A stretch of DNA of 32,000 bases, taken from Candidatus Midichloria mitochondrii IricVA. GTDB taxonomy: Bacteria > Pseudomonadota > Alphaproteobacteria > Rickettsiales > Midichloriaceae. The notes under the pieces were generated by a model, which did no database searches, was not told the DNA's origin, and saw only the letters and a list, made by a program, of their open reading frames with translations. The position numbers and the translations under genes are program-made. The stretch is taken from positions 120,001-152,000 of the forward strand of contig NC_015722.1 of the NCBI RefSeq assembly GCF_000219355.1, in the 5' to 3' direction. This document shows positions 7,695 through 16,218 of this stretch, piece by piece. The stretch's first letter is position 1. The number at the start of each line of letters is the position of its first letter.

Positions 7695-9341
7695 TTATTG
7701 GCGGTGCCTAAGGCCCTTGAAAGCAATCGGAAACCTTCTTTCTATGCCTGGTGCTTTGGTGCTAATTTTGATCCCAGGTGGTGCTTGTTTTCTTTTGAAT
7801 TCACTGTTTATTACCATACTTTCAATTTTTTTTACTAAATCTAATGGCAGATTGTATTCATTAGCAGCTTCAATGGTTGATAAATTAGATTCTATGAGTC
7901 CATACAATATGGTATCTAAAATATCATAAGGGGGCAGTGAGTCTGTGTCTTTTTGATTTTCTTTTAATTCTGCTGAGGGGGCTTTTTCTATTATATTATT
8001 GTTGATAAGATTTAACTTAGGATTCTTGGAGTCTTTTGGAATGAGAATATTACGCCACTTAGTAAGCTCATAAAGCTTGGTTTTGTATATGTCACTAATC
8101 GGGGCAAGGGCTCCACACATATCACCGTATAAGGTCGCATAACCAACAGCAAACTCGGACTTATTGCTTGTGGCAAGTGGTAAGGCTTTAGTTTTATTGG
8201 CAGTTGCCATCAGAAGAAGTCCTCTAATCCTAGCTTGCAAATTTTCTTCTGTAACATCAAATGGTAAATCTCCCCATAGATTTTGCAAGTTAGCTAATAT
8301 TTGCTGATAAACTCCATTAATTTCTATGGTATTAAAATTGCAGCCGATTTTTGTAACTAAGTCTTCGGCATCAGCAAAACTAGCTTTTGAAGAGAACATA
8401 GAGGGCATTGCTAAACAATGCACATTCTCTGGCCCTAAAACATCGGCTGCTAGCACAGCCACGAAAGATGAATCAATGCCGCCAGACAATCCAAGTACTG
8501 CTCTATCAAAACCATTTTTTGAAAAAAAGTCTCCGAGTCCACGCATTAAAGCGTTATATATATGTTCATTTTCACTAATTTTATTTTCGTAAGGCTCAAT
8601 AAAGGCTGATAGCGATCCGTTTTTGTACTCGATTTCAATCAGATTTTCTTCCCAGTACCTGGGTTGGACAATAAAAGAATTTTTCTCTACTACACAGGAG
8701 CCTCCATCAAAGACTAGGTAGTCGTCAGCGCCTATCCTATTTACATATATAACTGGTAACAGTGTTTTATTTGTAATATTTTGTATGACATTCAGGCGCA
8801 TATCCTGCTTTCCTAAATCGAAGGGAGAAGAATTTATACCTATCAAAATTTTTGCCCCTTGATTTTTTAAGTCTAAAGCTACATCATCGTGCCACAGATC
8901 CTCGCAAATTAAAATTCCAGCATCCAATTCCCCTATCCTAAGTAGTTCAGTAGAGATTCTTGAATGAAAAAATCTTTTTTCATCAAAAACTCCATAATTT
9001 GGCAAATGCTTTTTGTAAAATTCCTTGCAGACCTTTCCTTCTCCCATCAAAATTGCAGCATTATGAATTTTGCCTGCTCTTAGAACTGGAGCTCCTACTA
9101 TTATATAGTTTTTATAACCTTTAGTACTATTAGCTATTCTTAACAGGGCTTCGTCTATCTCTCTTAAAAATTCAGAATGTAAAACTGCATCTTGTAATAG
9201 ATAGCCCGATAAGCTTAACTCAGGAAAAATTACTAGGTCACAATTTCTTTTGGTAGCTTCTAAATAATATTGAATTATCGAAAGATAGTTCTTCTCAATA
9301 TTACCAACAAGGCAATTTATTTGTGCAATGGCTATTTTCAT
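7695..9341 (-). CDS. nadE: Glutamine-dependent NAD+ synthetase
   Basis: 548 aa. It has an N-terminal CN-hydrolase domain (FPELSLSGY, ILICEDLWH) and a C-terminal NAD synthetase domain with the PP-loop GLSGGIDSS. Confidence 0.95.
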   Translation of the reverse strand: MKIAIAQINCLVGNIEKNYLSIIQYYLEATKRNCDLVIFPELSLSGYLLQDAVLHSEFLREIDEALLRIANSTKGYKNYIIVGAPVLRAGKIHNAAILMGEGKVCKEFYKKHLPNYGVFDEKRFFHSRISTELLRIGELDAGILICEDLWHDDVALDLKNQGAKILIGINSSPFDLGKQDMRLNVIQNITNKTLLPVIYVNRIGADDYLVFDGGSCVVEKNSFIVQPRYWEENLIEIEYKNGSLSAFIEPYENKISENEHIYNALMRGLGDFFSKNGFDRAVLGLSGGIDSSFVAVLAADVLGPENVHCLAMPSMFSSKASFADAEDLVTKIGCNFNTIEINGVYQQILANLQNLWGDLPFDVTEENLQARIRGLLLMATANKTKALPLATSNKSEFAVGYATLYGDMCGALAPISDIYKTKLYELTKWRNILIPKDSKNPKLNLINNNIIEKAPSAELKENQKDTDSLPPYDILDTILYGLIESNLSTIEAANEYNLPLDLVKKIESMVINSEFKRKQAPPGIKISTKAPGIERRFPIAFKGLRHRQ

Positions 9342-9346
9342 GAGTA

Positions 9347-10132
9347 TTACCTTGGGTAATGCAGCCCTTTTGGTGAAGTAGTAAATATTTCAGCGCCGCA
9401 TTCAGTAACTCCAATTGTGTGTTCAAATTGAGCAGACAAAGACTTGTCTTTAGTAACTACTGTCCAACCATCTGCTAACAGTTTTGCTTCTGGGCCACCA
9501 GCATTAATCATAGGCTCGATGGTAAAAAACATTCCAGGTTCTAAAACAGTGTTATCACTTGGATCATAGTAGTGTAAAACATTAGGGAGAGCGTGAAATG
9601 TTTTGCCTATTCCATGGCCGCAATACTCTCTAACTACTGAGAATCCGCTTCTTTCTGCATAGTGCTGTATTGTTCTGCCTATTTCATTTAGTTTAATGCC
9701 AGGTTTTACCCTTTCTATCCCGAGCATCATGGCTTCATAAGTCACTTCAACCAATCTCTTGGCCTTTATGGAAGGCTTACCAACGAAAAACATCCTACTA
9801 GTATCTCCATACCAGCCATCTAAAATTACTGTAACATCAATATTTACTATGTCACCATTGGCTAATTTTTTGTTGCTCGGAATACCATGGCATATCACAT
9901 GATTAACCGAAGTACATATTGATTTAGGAAATCCTTTATAGTTAAGAGGAGCAGGAATTGCTCCATTTTTTATTATGAGTTCATGACACAAAGAGTTAAG
10001 TTCATCGGTCTCAACGCCAGGCTTAACAAAATCTCCAATATAATCTAAAATATGAGCAGCGAGTATGCCTGTTTTCCTCATGGAGATAAGATCCTGAGAG
10101 GAGTGTATAGTGATCTTGTCTTGACTTTTCAT
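9347..10132 (-). CDS. map: Type I methionine aminopeptidase
   Basis: 261 aa. Metal-ligand contexts are GDIVNIDV, GHGIGKTFH, FTIEPMI and QFEHT. Confidence 0.95.
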   Translation of the reverse strand: MKSQDKITIHSSQDLISMRKTGILAAHILDYIGDFVKPGVETDELNSLCHELIIKNGAIPAPLNYKGFPKSICTSVNHVICHGIPSNKKLANGDIVNIDVTVILDGWYGDTSRMFFVGKPSIKAKRLVEVTYEAMMLGIERVKPGIKLNEIGRTIQHYAERSGFSVVREYCGHGIGKTFHALPNVLHYYDPSDNTVLEPGMFFTIEPMINAGGPEAKLLADGWTVVTKDKSLSAQFEHTIGVTECGAEIFTTSPKGLHYPR

Positions 10133-10185
10133 TTTGATTAACAGTATTATAACACTACATAGTTTCTAAGCTTAACCTCTCAAAA

Positions 10186-10779
10186 ATGCAAGAGCCGATT
10201 AGAAAAAAATTGTTTGAAAGTGCTTTAAAAATTATTCCTTTTGAGGGGTGGTGCCCCGACCTTTTGATTAAAGCGGAACGAGCGGTTAACCTACCTGAGG
10301 GCACCGCTAGTGTGCTTTTCCCTGGTGCTATTAATGACTTTTTTGAATATTATATAGAAGAAATAGATAGGGAGATGCTCTCTGTATATAGGAATTCTAC
10401 TAGTTCAAACATGAAGGTGCATCAACGAATTAGACAATGTGTTATATCAAGGATAGAAGTTCTAGCTCGCAATAAGAGTGTTGTGACAAGGGGGCTAGCT
10501 TTTCTTGCAATGCCTATAAACTATGCGCTTTCCTTAAGGGTTTTGTGGAAAACAGTGGATTTAATATGGTACGAGGCGGGGCGCGATCAATCTACAGACT
10601 TTAATTATTATACTAAAAGGGCACTACTCGCAGGTGTTTATAGTAGCACTATTTTATACTGGATCAACGATGAATCAGAAGATTTTACCAAAACTATGGG
10701 TTTCTTAGACAGAAGGCTGGAAGATATCCATAAAATATACAAAGCAAAAGAAAAATTTGCTGGAGTCATTAACTTATGA
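10186..10779 (+). CDS. COQ9-family protein (rpsU-divergently-transcribed protein family)
   Basis: 197 aa. It carries STDFNYYTKRALLAGVYSSTILYW and FLDRRLEDIHKI, which are characteristic of the bacterial COQ9 family. Its stop overlaps the next start (ATGA). Confidence 0.8.
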   Translation: MQEPIRKKLFESALKIIPFEGWCPDLLIKAERAVNLPEGTASVLFPGAINDFFEYYIEEIDREMLSVYRNSTSSNMKVHQRIRQCVISRIEVLARNKSVVTRGLAFLAMPINYALSLRVLWKTVDLIWYEAGRDQSTDFNYYTKRALLAGVYSSTILYWINDESEDFTKTMGFLDRRLEDIHKIYKAKEKFAGVINL

Positions 10780-11019
10780 ATCATTTTAAAGTATTAAAGG
10801 AAGCAATTGGGAGCGCCTTAAAGCCTGCTTGCGAAAAATATGGATTTGTAACTTACAGAATAGTGAGTCATTGGGAACAGATAGTGGGTAAGCATTTAGC
10901 TTACTTCAGCTTTCCAATAGAGATAATTTTTCCAAGAAATAGAAGCGATGAAGGGCTTCTGGTAATAGGGGTTTCTAATCCTGGTTTTGCGCTTGAGATT
11001 CAAGCTTCGGAATCAATAA
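10691..11019. repeat. Arm 1 of a 329-bp inverted duplication (partner at 12020..12348)
   Basis: Base-by-base comparison with the reverse complement of 12020..12348 gives 328/329 identity. The single difference is T at 10718 versus C in the other copy. Confidence 0.95.
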
Positions 11020-11285
11020 TTATCTCTAAGCTTTCTTCCTACTTTGGTTACAGAGCTATTAGTAGGGTTAGAATAAAAATAGCGCAAAAAAAGTATAGCT
11101 CATTTGTTGAGAAACCTGCTCTATCCTCAATTAACGCTGCTTCCAAGGCTTATACTTTGGAAGGAATCACGGAAGAAGAGGATAAAAATCTCACTAAATT
11201 AATTAAGGGAATTAAAGATCCAGAACTTGCAGAAGAAATTGCAGCGCTGAAAGAAATTTTATTTTTTGTAGATAAGTCCAATTAG
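10776..11285 (+). CDS. DUF721 / DciA-like protein
   Basis: 169 aa. The N-terminal region (HWEQIVGKHLAYFSFP..GLLVIGVSNPGFALEIQ) fits the DUF721 pattern. The start ATG overlaps the upstream stop. Confidence 0.7.
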   Translation: MNHFKVLKEAIGSALKPACEKYGFVTYRIVSHWEQIVGKHLAYFSFPIEIIFPRNRSDEGLLVIGVSNPGFALEIQASESIIISKLSSYFGYRAISRVRIKIAQKKYSSFVEKPALSSINAASKAYTLEGITEEEDKNLTKLIKGIKDPELAEEIAALKEILFFVDKSN

Positions 11286-11975
11286 ATGCAAGATTACTAA
11301 TGAAATATTTCATTTTTATCTGTTATAATTGCAGGTTCTATTCTCTGCCTATCTTTTCTATGATAAAAAGTTTTTTCGACTTATCCAAAATTGCATTAGA
11401 GTCCTTTCTACTTGAAAATGGACAGCAAAAATTTCGCACGGGACAAATTTTGGGATTGGATCTATACTAAGGGAGCAAAAAGCTTTTTTGAGATGACAAA
11501 TCTAGGTACTTCCTTACGAGAGCTACTCACTGCGAATTTTTAGAGCGTGCGCATATAAGTAGAGCACTGATATCTTTAGATGAAACTCAAAAATGGTTAT
11601 TAAAATTTGTCGATAATAATGAGATAGAAACTGTTTTCATTCCTGAAGAGAGTAGGGGAGCCCTCTGCGTTTCCTCTCAAGTTGGTTTGCACTTTAACCT
11701 GCAAATTTTGTCATACCGGAACGTAAAAGTTGGTAAGAAATCTAACGGCTGGTGAAATCATTATGCAGCTCATGCATGCTAAAGATTCCTTATATGATTG
11801 GCCAGCTGATAAAGAGAGGGCCGCAGTATCAGCAATATTGTAACGATGGGAATGGGAGAGCAGCTGTTAAACTATGATAATGTTTCGCAAGCAATCAAAA
11901 TTATGATAGATCCACATGGCCTTAACATATCAGAACACAAAATTACTTTATCAACTCCGGCATTATTCCGAATAT

Positions 11976-12263
11976 TTATAAATGTGCAGCTGATTTAGGG
12001 GTTAATCTTACGATTTCTCTTATTGATTCCGAAGCTTGAATCTCAAGCGCAAAACCAGGATTAGAAACCCCTATTACCAGAAGCCCTTCATCGCTTCTAT
12101 TTCTTGGAAAAATTATCTCTATTGGAAAGCTGAAGTAAGCTAAATGCTTACCCACTATCTGTTCCCAATGACTCACTATTCTGTAAGTTACAAATCCATA
12201 TTTTTCGCAAGCAGGCTTTAAGGCGCTCCCAATTGCTTCCTTTAATACTTTAAAATGATTCAT
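11976..12263 (-). pseudogene. Truncated chimeric copy of the DUF721/DciA-like gene (first 81 codons plus a 14-codon foreign tail)
   Basis: In the 95-aa ORF, residues 1-81 are identical to the 10776 gene. The tail [14 protein letters not shown] is read from antisense rlmN sequence. The copy also carries the 85 bp upstream of the start codon. Confidence 0.6.
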
Positions 12264-12348
12264 AAGTTAATGACTCCAGCAAATTTTTCTTTTGCTTTGT
12301 ATATTTTATGGATATCTTCCGGCCTTCTGTCTAAGAAACCCATAGTTT
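12020..12348. repeat. Arm 2 of the 329-bp inverted duplication, inserted within the rlmN reading frame
   Basis: It is the reverse complement of 10691..11019. The flanking rlmN codons read ..TISL | insert | (L)HATTDELR, so the insert sits cleanly between adjacent rlmN codons. Confidence 0.95.
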
Positions 12349-12695
12349 ACATGCAACTACTGATGAATTAAGAAATGAAATGTAGCTATTAATAACAAAA
12401 AATATCCTATTAGAGAATTACTGGAAGCTTGTTACCAATGTAGCGAATTTAACTGCCAGGAAAAGAATCACCTTTGAATCCATGTCCAGGCTCGCCTTAT
12501 GAATGTTCTTCCGTTGAGGATATATAGAAAAATTTGCGAATATAATCGAAAGACATGGTTATAAGTTCCCAGTGCGGACCCCAAGAATTTTTAATTAATT
12601 ACTAGTCGACCATATTGACAATATTTTTATCCGCCCTCATCCTATATCGTTACAAGGTTTGCATAAACTCTTATTAACAAGGAAATAAAATACGG

Positions 12696-12990
12696 GTAAC
12701 CTCAAGTTTGACGTAAGGAGTAGGGCCCGTGAGCCTATTTTCCATTAGATATATTGGGTTTGAAGACATAAGCCAAGAGCCCTGAGAGGAGGTCTGCCAA
12801 GAAATTGTTTGGCAAGCGATGCCGTGTTGTGCTGGATTTGGCAAATCTCTTTCAATTCTCCGATGGCTGTTTCAATCAATCCACGCCCTGCAAGAAGCAG
12901 TTGTTTAAAAGCCGCAAGCGGGTTTTGTTTTTCATGTTTTTCTTAAGCCGTGGGTGACGAGCTCAATACCTTGATTGCTCAGTGTTTTTG
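12696..12990 (-). mobile_element. IS982-family 3' fragment, from an internal point to the right terminal repeat
   Basis: It is the reverse complement of the segment at 18598..18891. That segment encodes GIELITRLKKNMKNK..LLQGRGLIETAIGELKEICQIQHTRHRS and ends in ..ACGTCAAACTTGAGGTTA. Confidence 0.8.
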
Positions 12991-13145
12991 TTAACCCCAG
13001 TTTGAGGTAAGTTTTAAAGAAATTATCTGATATGGCTTCAAAGAAGCTGTGTAACCATTAAGTTTCTCTCAATTTCACGATAAATAAGAAAAGTGGTTTC
13101 CCTAGTAGAAATATTTTGTTTGATTGATGATTTTTGCAAGCGACA
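12991..13145 (+). mobile_element. IS982-family 5' fragment, starting at the left terminal repeat TTAACCCCAGTTTGAGGTAAG and truncated after about 155 bp
   Basis: It matches the reverse complement of 18597..~18460, including the transposase start (SLVEIFCLIDDFCK). An extra ~19-22 bp (ATTATCTGATATGGCTTCA) is present in the leader. It abuts the IS1-like terminal repeat at 13146. Confidence 0.8.
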
Positions 13146-13162
13146 ATTACCAGGCATTGCCT
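13146..13162 (-). mobile_element. Solo terminal repeat of the IS1-like element
   Basis: AATTACCAGGCATTGCC is the reverse complement of GGCAATGCCTGGTAATT, the outer 17 nt of the IS1-like end. Nothing else of the element is present. Confidence 0.7.
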
Positions 13163-13267
13163 GCAAAGCTCGACTGGATAAGGGTTGTGGCGCATTAATA
13201 ACAAAGCATAGCTTAACCATCCAAAGTATAGTATCATAGCGACTTCAAAAATTGGGAAGTTATTTAT

Positions 13268-14494
13268 ATGAATCTTTGGAAAAAAGTTTTAATAGGATTA
13301 GTGCTAGGTATTTTTTTAGGCTTACTCCTAAAAGAAAAGGTTGTGTATCTCAAGCCATTTGGCGATCTCTTTATACGAATGGTGAAGATGATAATTACTC
13401 CGCTTATATTCTTTGCGATTGTTAATGGTATCACCAGTGTTCAAGATTCAAAAGCGCTTGGGAGGGTTGGGGTTAAAGCTTGTTTTACTTACTTTTTAAC
13501 TACATTAATGGCAATTATTATTGGCTTAAGTGTAGGCCGAATCTTCGAGCCAGGTAAAGGTATTAATTTAAATTTTGAGAATAAGGAGCTGGCCTCAGCA
13601 GAGGATCAAGCCGCTCTAACAAAAATTATTGATATACTATTACATATTGTGCCGGATAACGCAATTGGAGCAATGGTCCAGGGAACCATCCTACAAGTTG
13701 TATTTTTCGCTTTGTTTACTGGAGTTACTATTAATGCTATGGAACGAGTATCTAGTAAGCGTTTGGGAGATATATTCCAACTTTTATCCCACATGGTCTT
13801 CAAGATGATAAGCTTGATTATGGAGCTATCCCCTATTGCTGCTTGTTGTCTTACTGCATGGGTTATTGGCACACAAGGAGTAGAGGTATTAAGAAACTTA
13901 ATGAAACTAATAGGGTGTGCGTACCTTGCACTTATAATCCAGTACTTTATTTTTGGTTTGATTATTCGTGTTTGGACTGGATTATCGCCTGTACCGTTCT
14001 TTAAGAAAAGCTTTGAATATCAGGCAATTGCTTTTTCTACAAGTAGCAGCAAAGCTGCATTACCTACTACTATAAAAGTTTGCCAAAGAAAGCTTGGGAT
14101 TTCGCAAATGAGCTCTTCCTTCGTTTTACCACTTGGAGCTTCTATAAATATGGATGGTATAGCTATTTACATCAGTCTTTGTACTCTATTCTTTGCTCAG
14201 GTAACAGGTAAAGTTCTAAGTATCAATGATTATAGCTTAATTATATTTACCGGAACTCTTGGCTCTATTGGAGGTGCTGGAGTTCCAGGCGGCGCCATCG
14301 TAATGCTTCCTATGATTCTTGGCTCGGTAGGCTTACCGATAGAAGGTATTGCATTGATTGCGGGCATAGATCGTATTATTGATATGATGAGAACCACGAT
14401 TAGCATAACAGGGGACGCCGCTGTTACGCTCTGTATTGACCACTCTGAAGGCCTTTTAGATAGAGAAACATATAATAATAGAGAATTATCATAG
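13268..14494 (+). CDS. Dicarboxylate/amino acid:cation symporter (DAACS family, GltP/GltT-like)
   Basis: 408 aa and polytopic. Family motifs are AFSTSSSKAALPTT, GASINMDG and DRIIDMMRTTISITGDA. Confidence 0.85.
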   Translation: MNLWKKVLIGLVLGIFLGLLLKEKVVYLKPFGDLFIRMVKMIITPLIFFAIVNGITSVQDSKALGRVGVKACFTYFLTTLMAIIIGLSVGRIFEPGKGINLNFENKELASAEDQAALTKIIDILLHIVPDNAIGAMVQGTILQVVFFALFTGVTINAMERVSSKRLGDIFQLLSHMVFKMISLIMELSPIAACCLTAWVIGTQGVEVLRNLMKLIGCAYLALIIQYFIFGLIIRVWTGLSPVPFFKKSFEYQAIAFSTSSSKAALPTTIKVCQRKLGISQMSSSFVLPLGASINMDGIAIYISLCTLFFAQVTGKVLSINDYSLIIFTGTLGSIGGAGVPGGAIVMLPMILGSVGLPIEGIALIAGIDRIIDMMRTTISITGDAAVTLCIDHSEGLLDRETYNNRELS

Positions 14495-14503
14495 AAATTA
14501 TAT

Positions 14504-15573
14504 CTATTCTTTTCGAAATGTTAAGAGCCACAAGATAAGCATAATAGGCAAAATAGCACTAAGGTACATTAAAAAGCTCCAATTAATATTTTTTGCTGCT
14601 AAGTTTTCGCCTAGAGTAAAGACAGAGACTAAGCTGACGCTATAGATAAATAACTTGATATTACTGTATCTATTAATGTAGCGGTGGTAGAAATTTCTTA
14701 CTGATGATGCTATTGGAAGGCCACCAAGTATTATACAAAATAAAGGCCACAAAATTCTGTTGTGAAGATTAACTATATAGCATTTGTCTTTTTCTTTTAA
14801 AGCAATCTCAATTACCTGGTCTATATATTTCTCATTGGGGCCATCAGTATATGTTTGCTTTAAGAGACTTGATAATTCTAGGTTAAAAAGGTATTTATTA
14901 AAAGTGATCAAAGTTAATTTTTGGTAAGGCGGTAATATTCCTGCCGGCTGCCGTTCTGTAATATCAAGGCTATATTGTTATCATTAATAGATAATCTACC
15001 AAATTTTGCGGTGATAGTGATTTCCTTATTTGGTATTCTTGAATCGTTCATTAAAATTCCATGCATAATATCGTCTTCAGTGCGATCTGCTATATAAAAC
15101 GTAAGCCCATTTATTTTCGATGAAAATATACCTTTTTCTAGTAGAAAAGAGGCGTAATTCTGCTGCAGCGAAAATTGTAACCTCTTAAACTCCTTATATC
15201 CCTTTGGCATTAGGTACGATGAAAATAATAGTGCGATTACAGTCATAAGAACTGACGATATCATAAAGGGTTTAGCAATTTGAAAATCGCTGTAGCGGTT
15301 GCTTTGTAAAATCAGTAGCTCCTTCTCTTTTATCATTTTGCGCACCTCTAAAACTGAGGCCAGTAATATAGTAAAAGGCAAAATATTATAAATTAGTAGC
15401 GGCAGTATATATATCGACAATTTTAGGAAGTCCTTAATAGCTACTCCATTATTTATGATTAAATCGAAAATTCTAAATGACTGAGTAACCCATAGTACTA
15501 TGGTTAAAAAAAATGCAATAACAAGGCAGAGGCGCAATATCCTATTGATTTGGTATTTATTGTATAAACCCAT
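14504..15573 (-). CDS. LptF/LptG-family LPS export permease, split into 219-aa and 135-aa parts by a one-base frameshift
   Basis: The N-terminal part (14914..15573) has YjgP/YjgQ-like TM1-3 and the periplasmic beta-jellyroll text. The C-terminal part (14504..14911) supplies the remaining TM helices. The summed length of about 354 aa is typical for the family. The frames join if the A5 run at 14918-14922 (minus strand) were A6. Confidence 0.75.
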
Positions 15574-16046
15574 TATTTATTTTTATTTGTATTAAACATA
15601 TTAATAGCAGATAGAGCCATTTGCATAAAATTTATATTTTGCTGATTCAGCATATTAATATTTTGATTCCAATAATCAAAAACATAAGTCTGGTCAGTAG
15701 GGCTTTTCATTAAATGTTCCATATAAGAAGAGTGCTTTATAAAATATTCCATGGATAACTTAATATAATCATTAAAAATTTTACCCATATTACGATCTTG
15801 CAACTTTATCAACTGCTTTAAAAACTCAAGCGGTAGCAGTTCGTACCCATCTTGCTGTTGCTCTAGTGCGATTTGAGTCAAAGTAAATTTTGTTAAATCT
15901 TCACCAGTCTTAACATCAACTACTGCAATGTCATAGCCTCGTTTTATAAGCTGTCTAATGTCGTCCAATGTTACATAACTACTTGTTGCAGTATTATATA
16001 ATCTCCTATTAGGGTACTTTTTCATTAATAAGCTTTTATCTGTCAT
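15573..16046 (-). CDS. phaR: PhaR-family polyhydroxyalkanoate synthesis regulator
   Basis: 157 aa. The N-terminal KKYPNRRLYNTATSSYVTLDDIRQLIKRG..DVKTGEDLTKFTLTQI is the PHB/PHA accumulation regulator DNA-binding signature. Confidence 0.8.
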   Translation of the reverse strand: MTDKSLLMKKYPNRRLYNTATSSYVTLDDIRQLIKRGYDIAVVDVKTGEDLTKFTLTQIALEQQQDGYELLPLEFLKQLIKLQDRNMGKIFNDYIKLSMEYFIKHSSYMEHLMKSPTDQTYVFDYWNQNINMLNQQNINFMQMALSAINMFNTNKNK

Positions 16047-16218
16047 GCTATTCTTTGGGACATTATTTCTTAGCGGTTAATATAATATCAAATACTTAAA
16101 GCAAATTAAACTATTAATTGATTAAAGCTTCTGAAGTGGATCATAAAAAATAAGGCTATTGAAAAGATAAGATCAAAACTTTATAAGTAGTCAACAAAAA
16201 TCATTTTAATAGTATCAC

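Larger units (their letters stand above)
11360..12600 (+). pseudogene. rlmN: rlmN (radical-SAM 23S rRNA/tRNA A2503/A37 methyltransferase) pseudogene
   Basis: RlmN-like text is spread over several frames: [55 protein letters not shown] (CxxxCxxC at 11688-11711), an in-frame TAA at 11724-11726, [47 protein letters not shown] 329-bp insertion follows, then LHATTDELRNEM and RITFE. The C-terminal part is missing. Confidence 0.85.

Noticed and set aside
11300-11316. The perfect 16-bp AT palindrome AATGAAATATTTCATT after the DUF721 gene could be a terminator or operator.
   Set aside because: An all-A/T stem has very low stability, and such palindromes arise easily in AT-rich spacers. That is not enough to call a feature.
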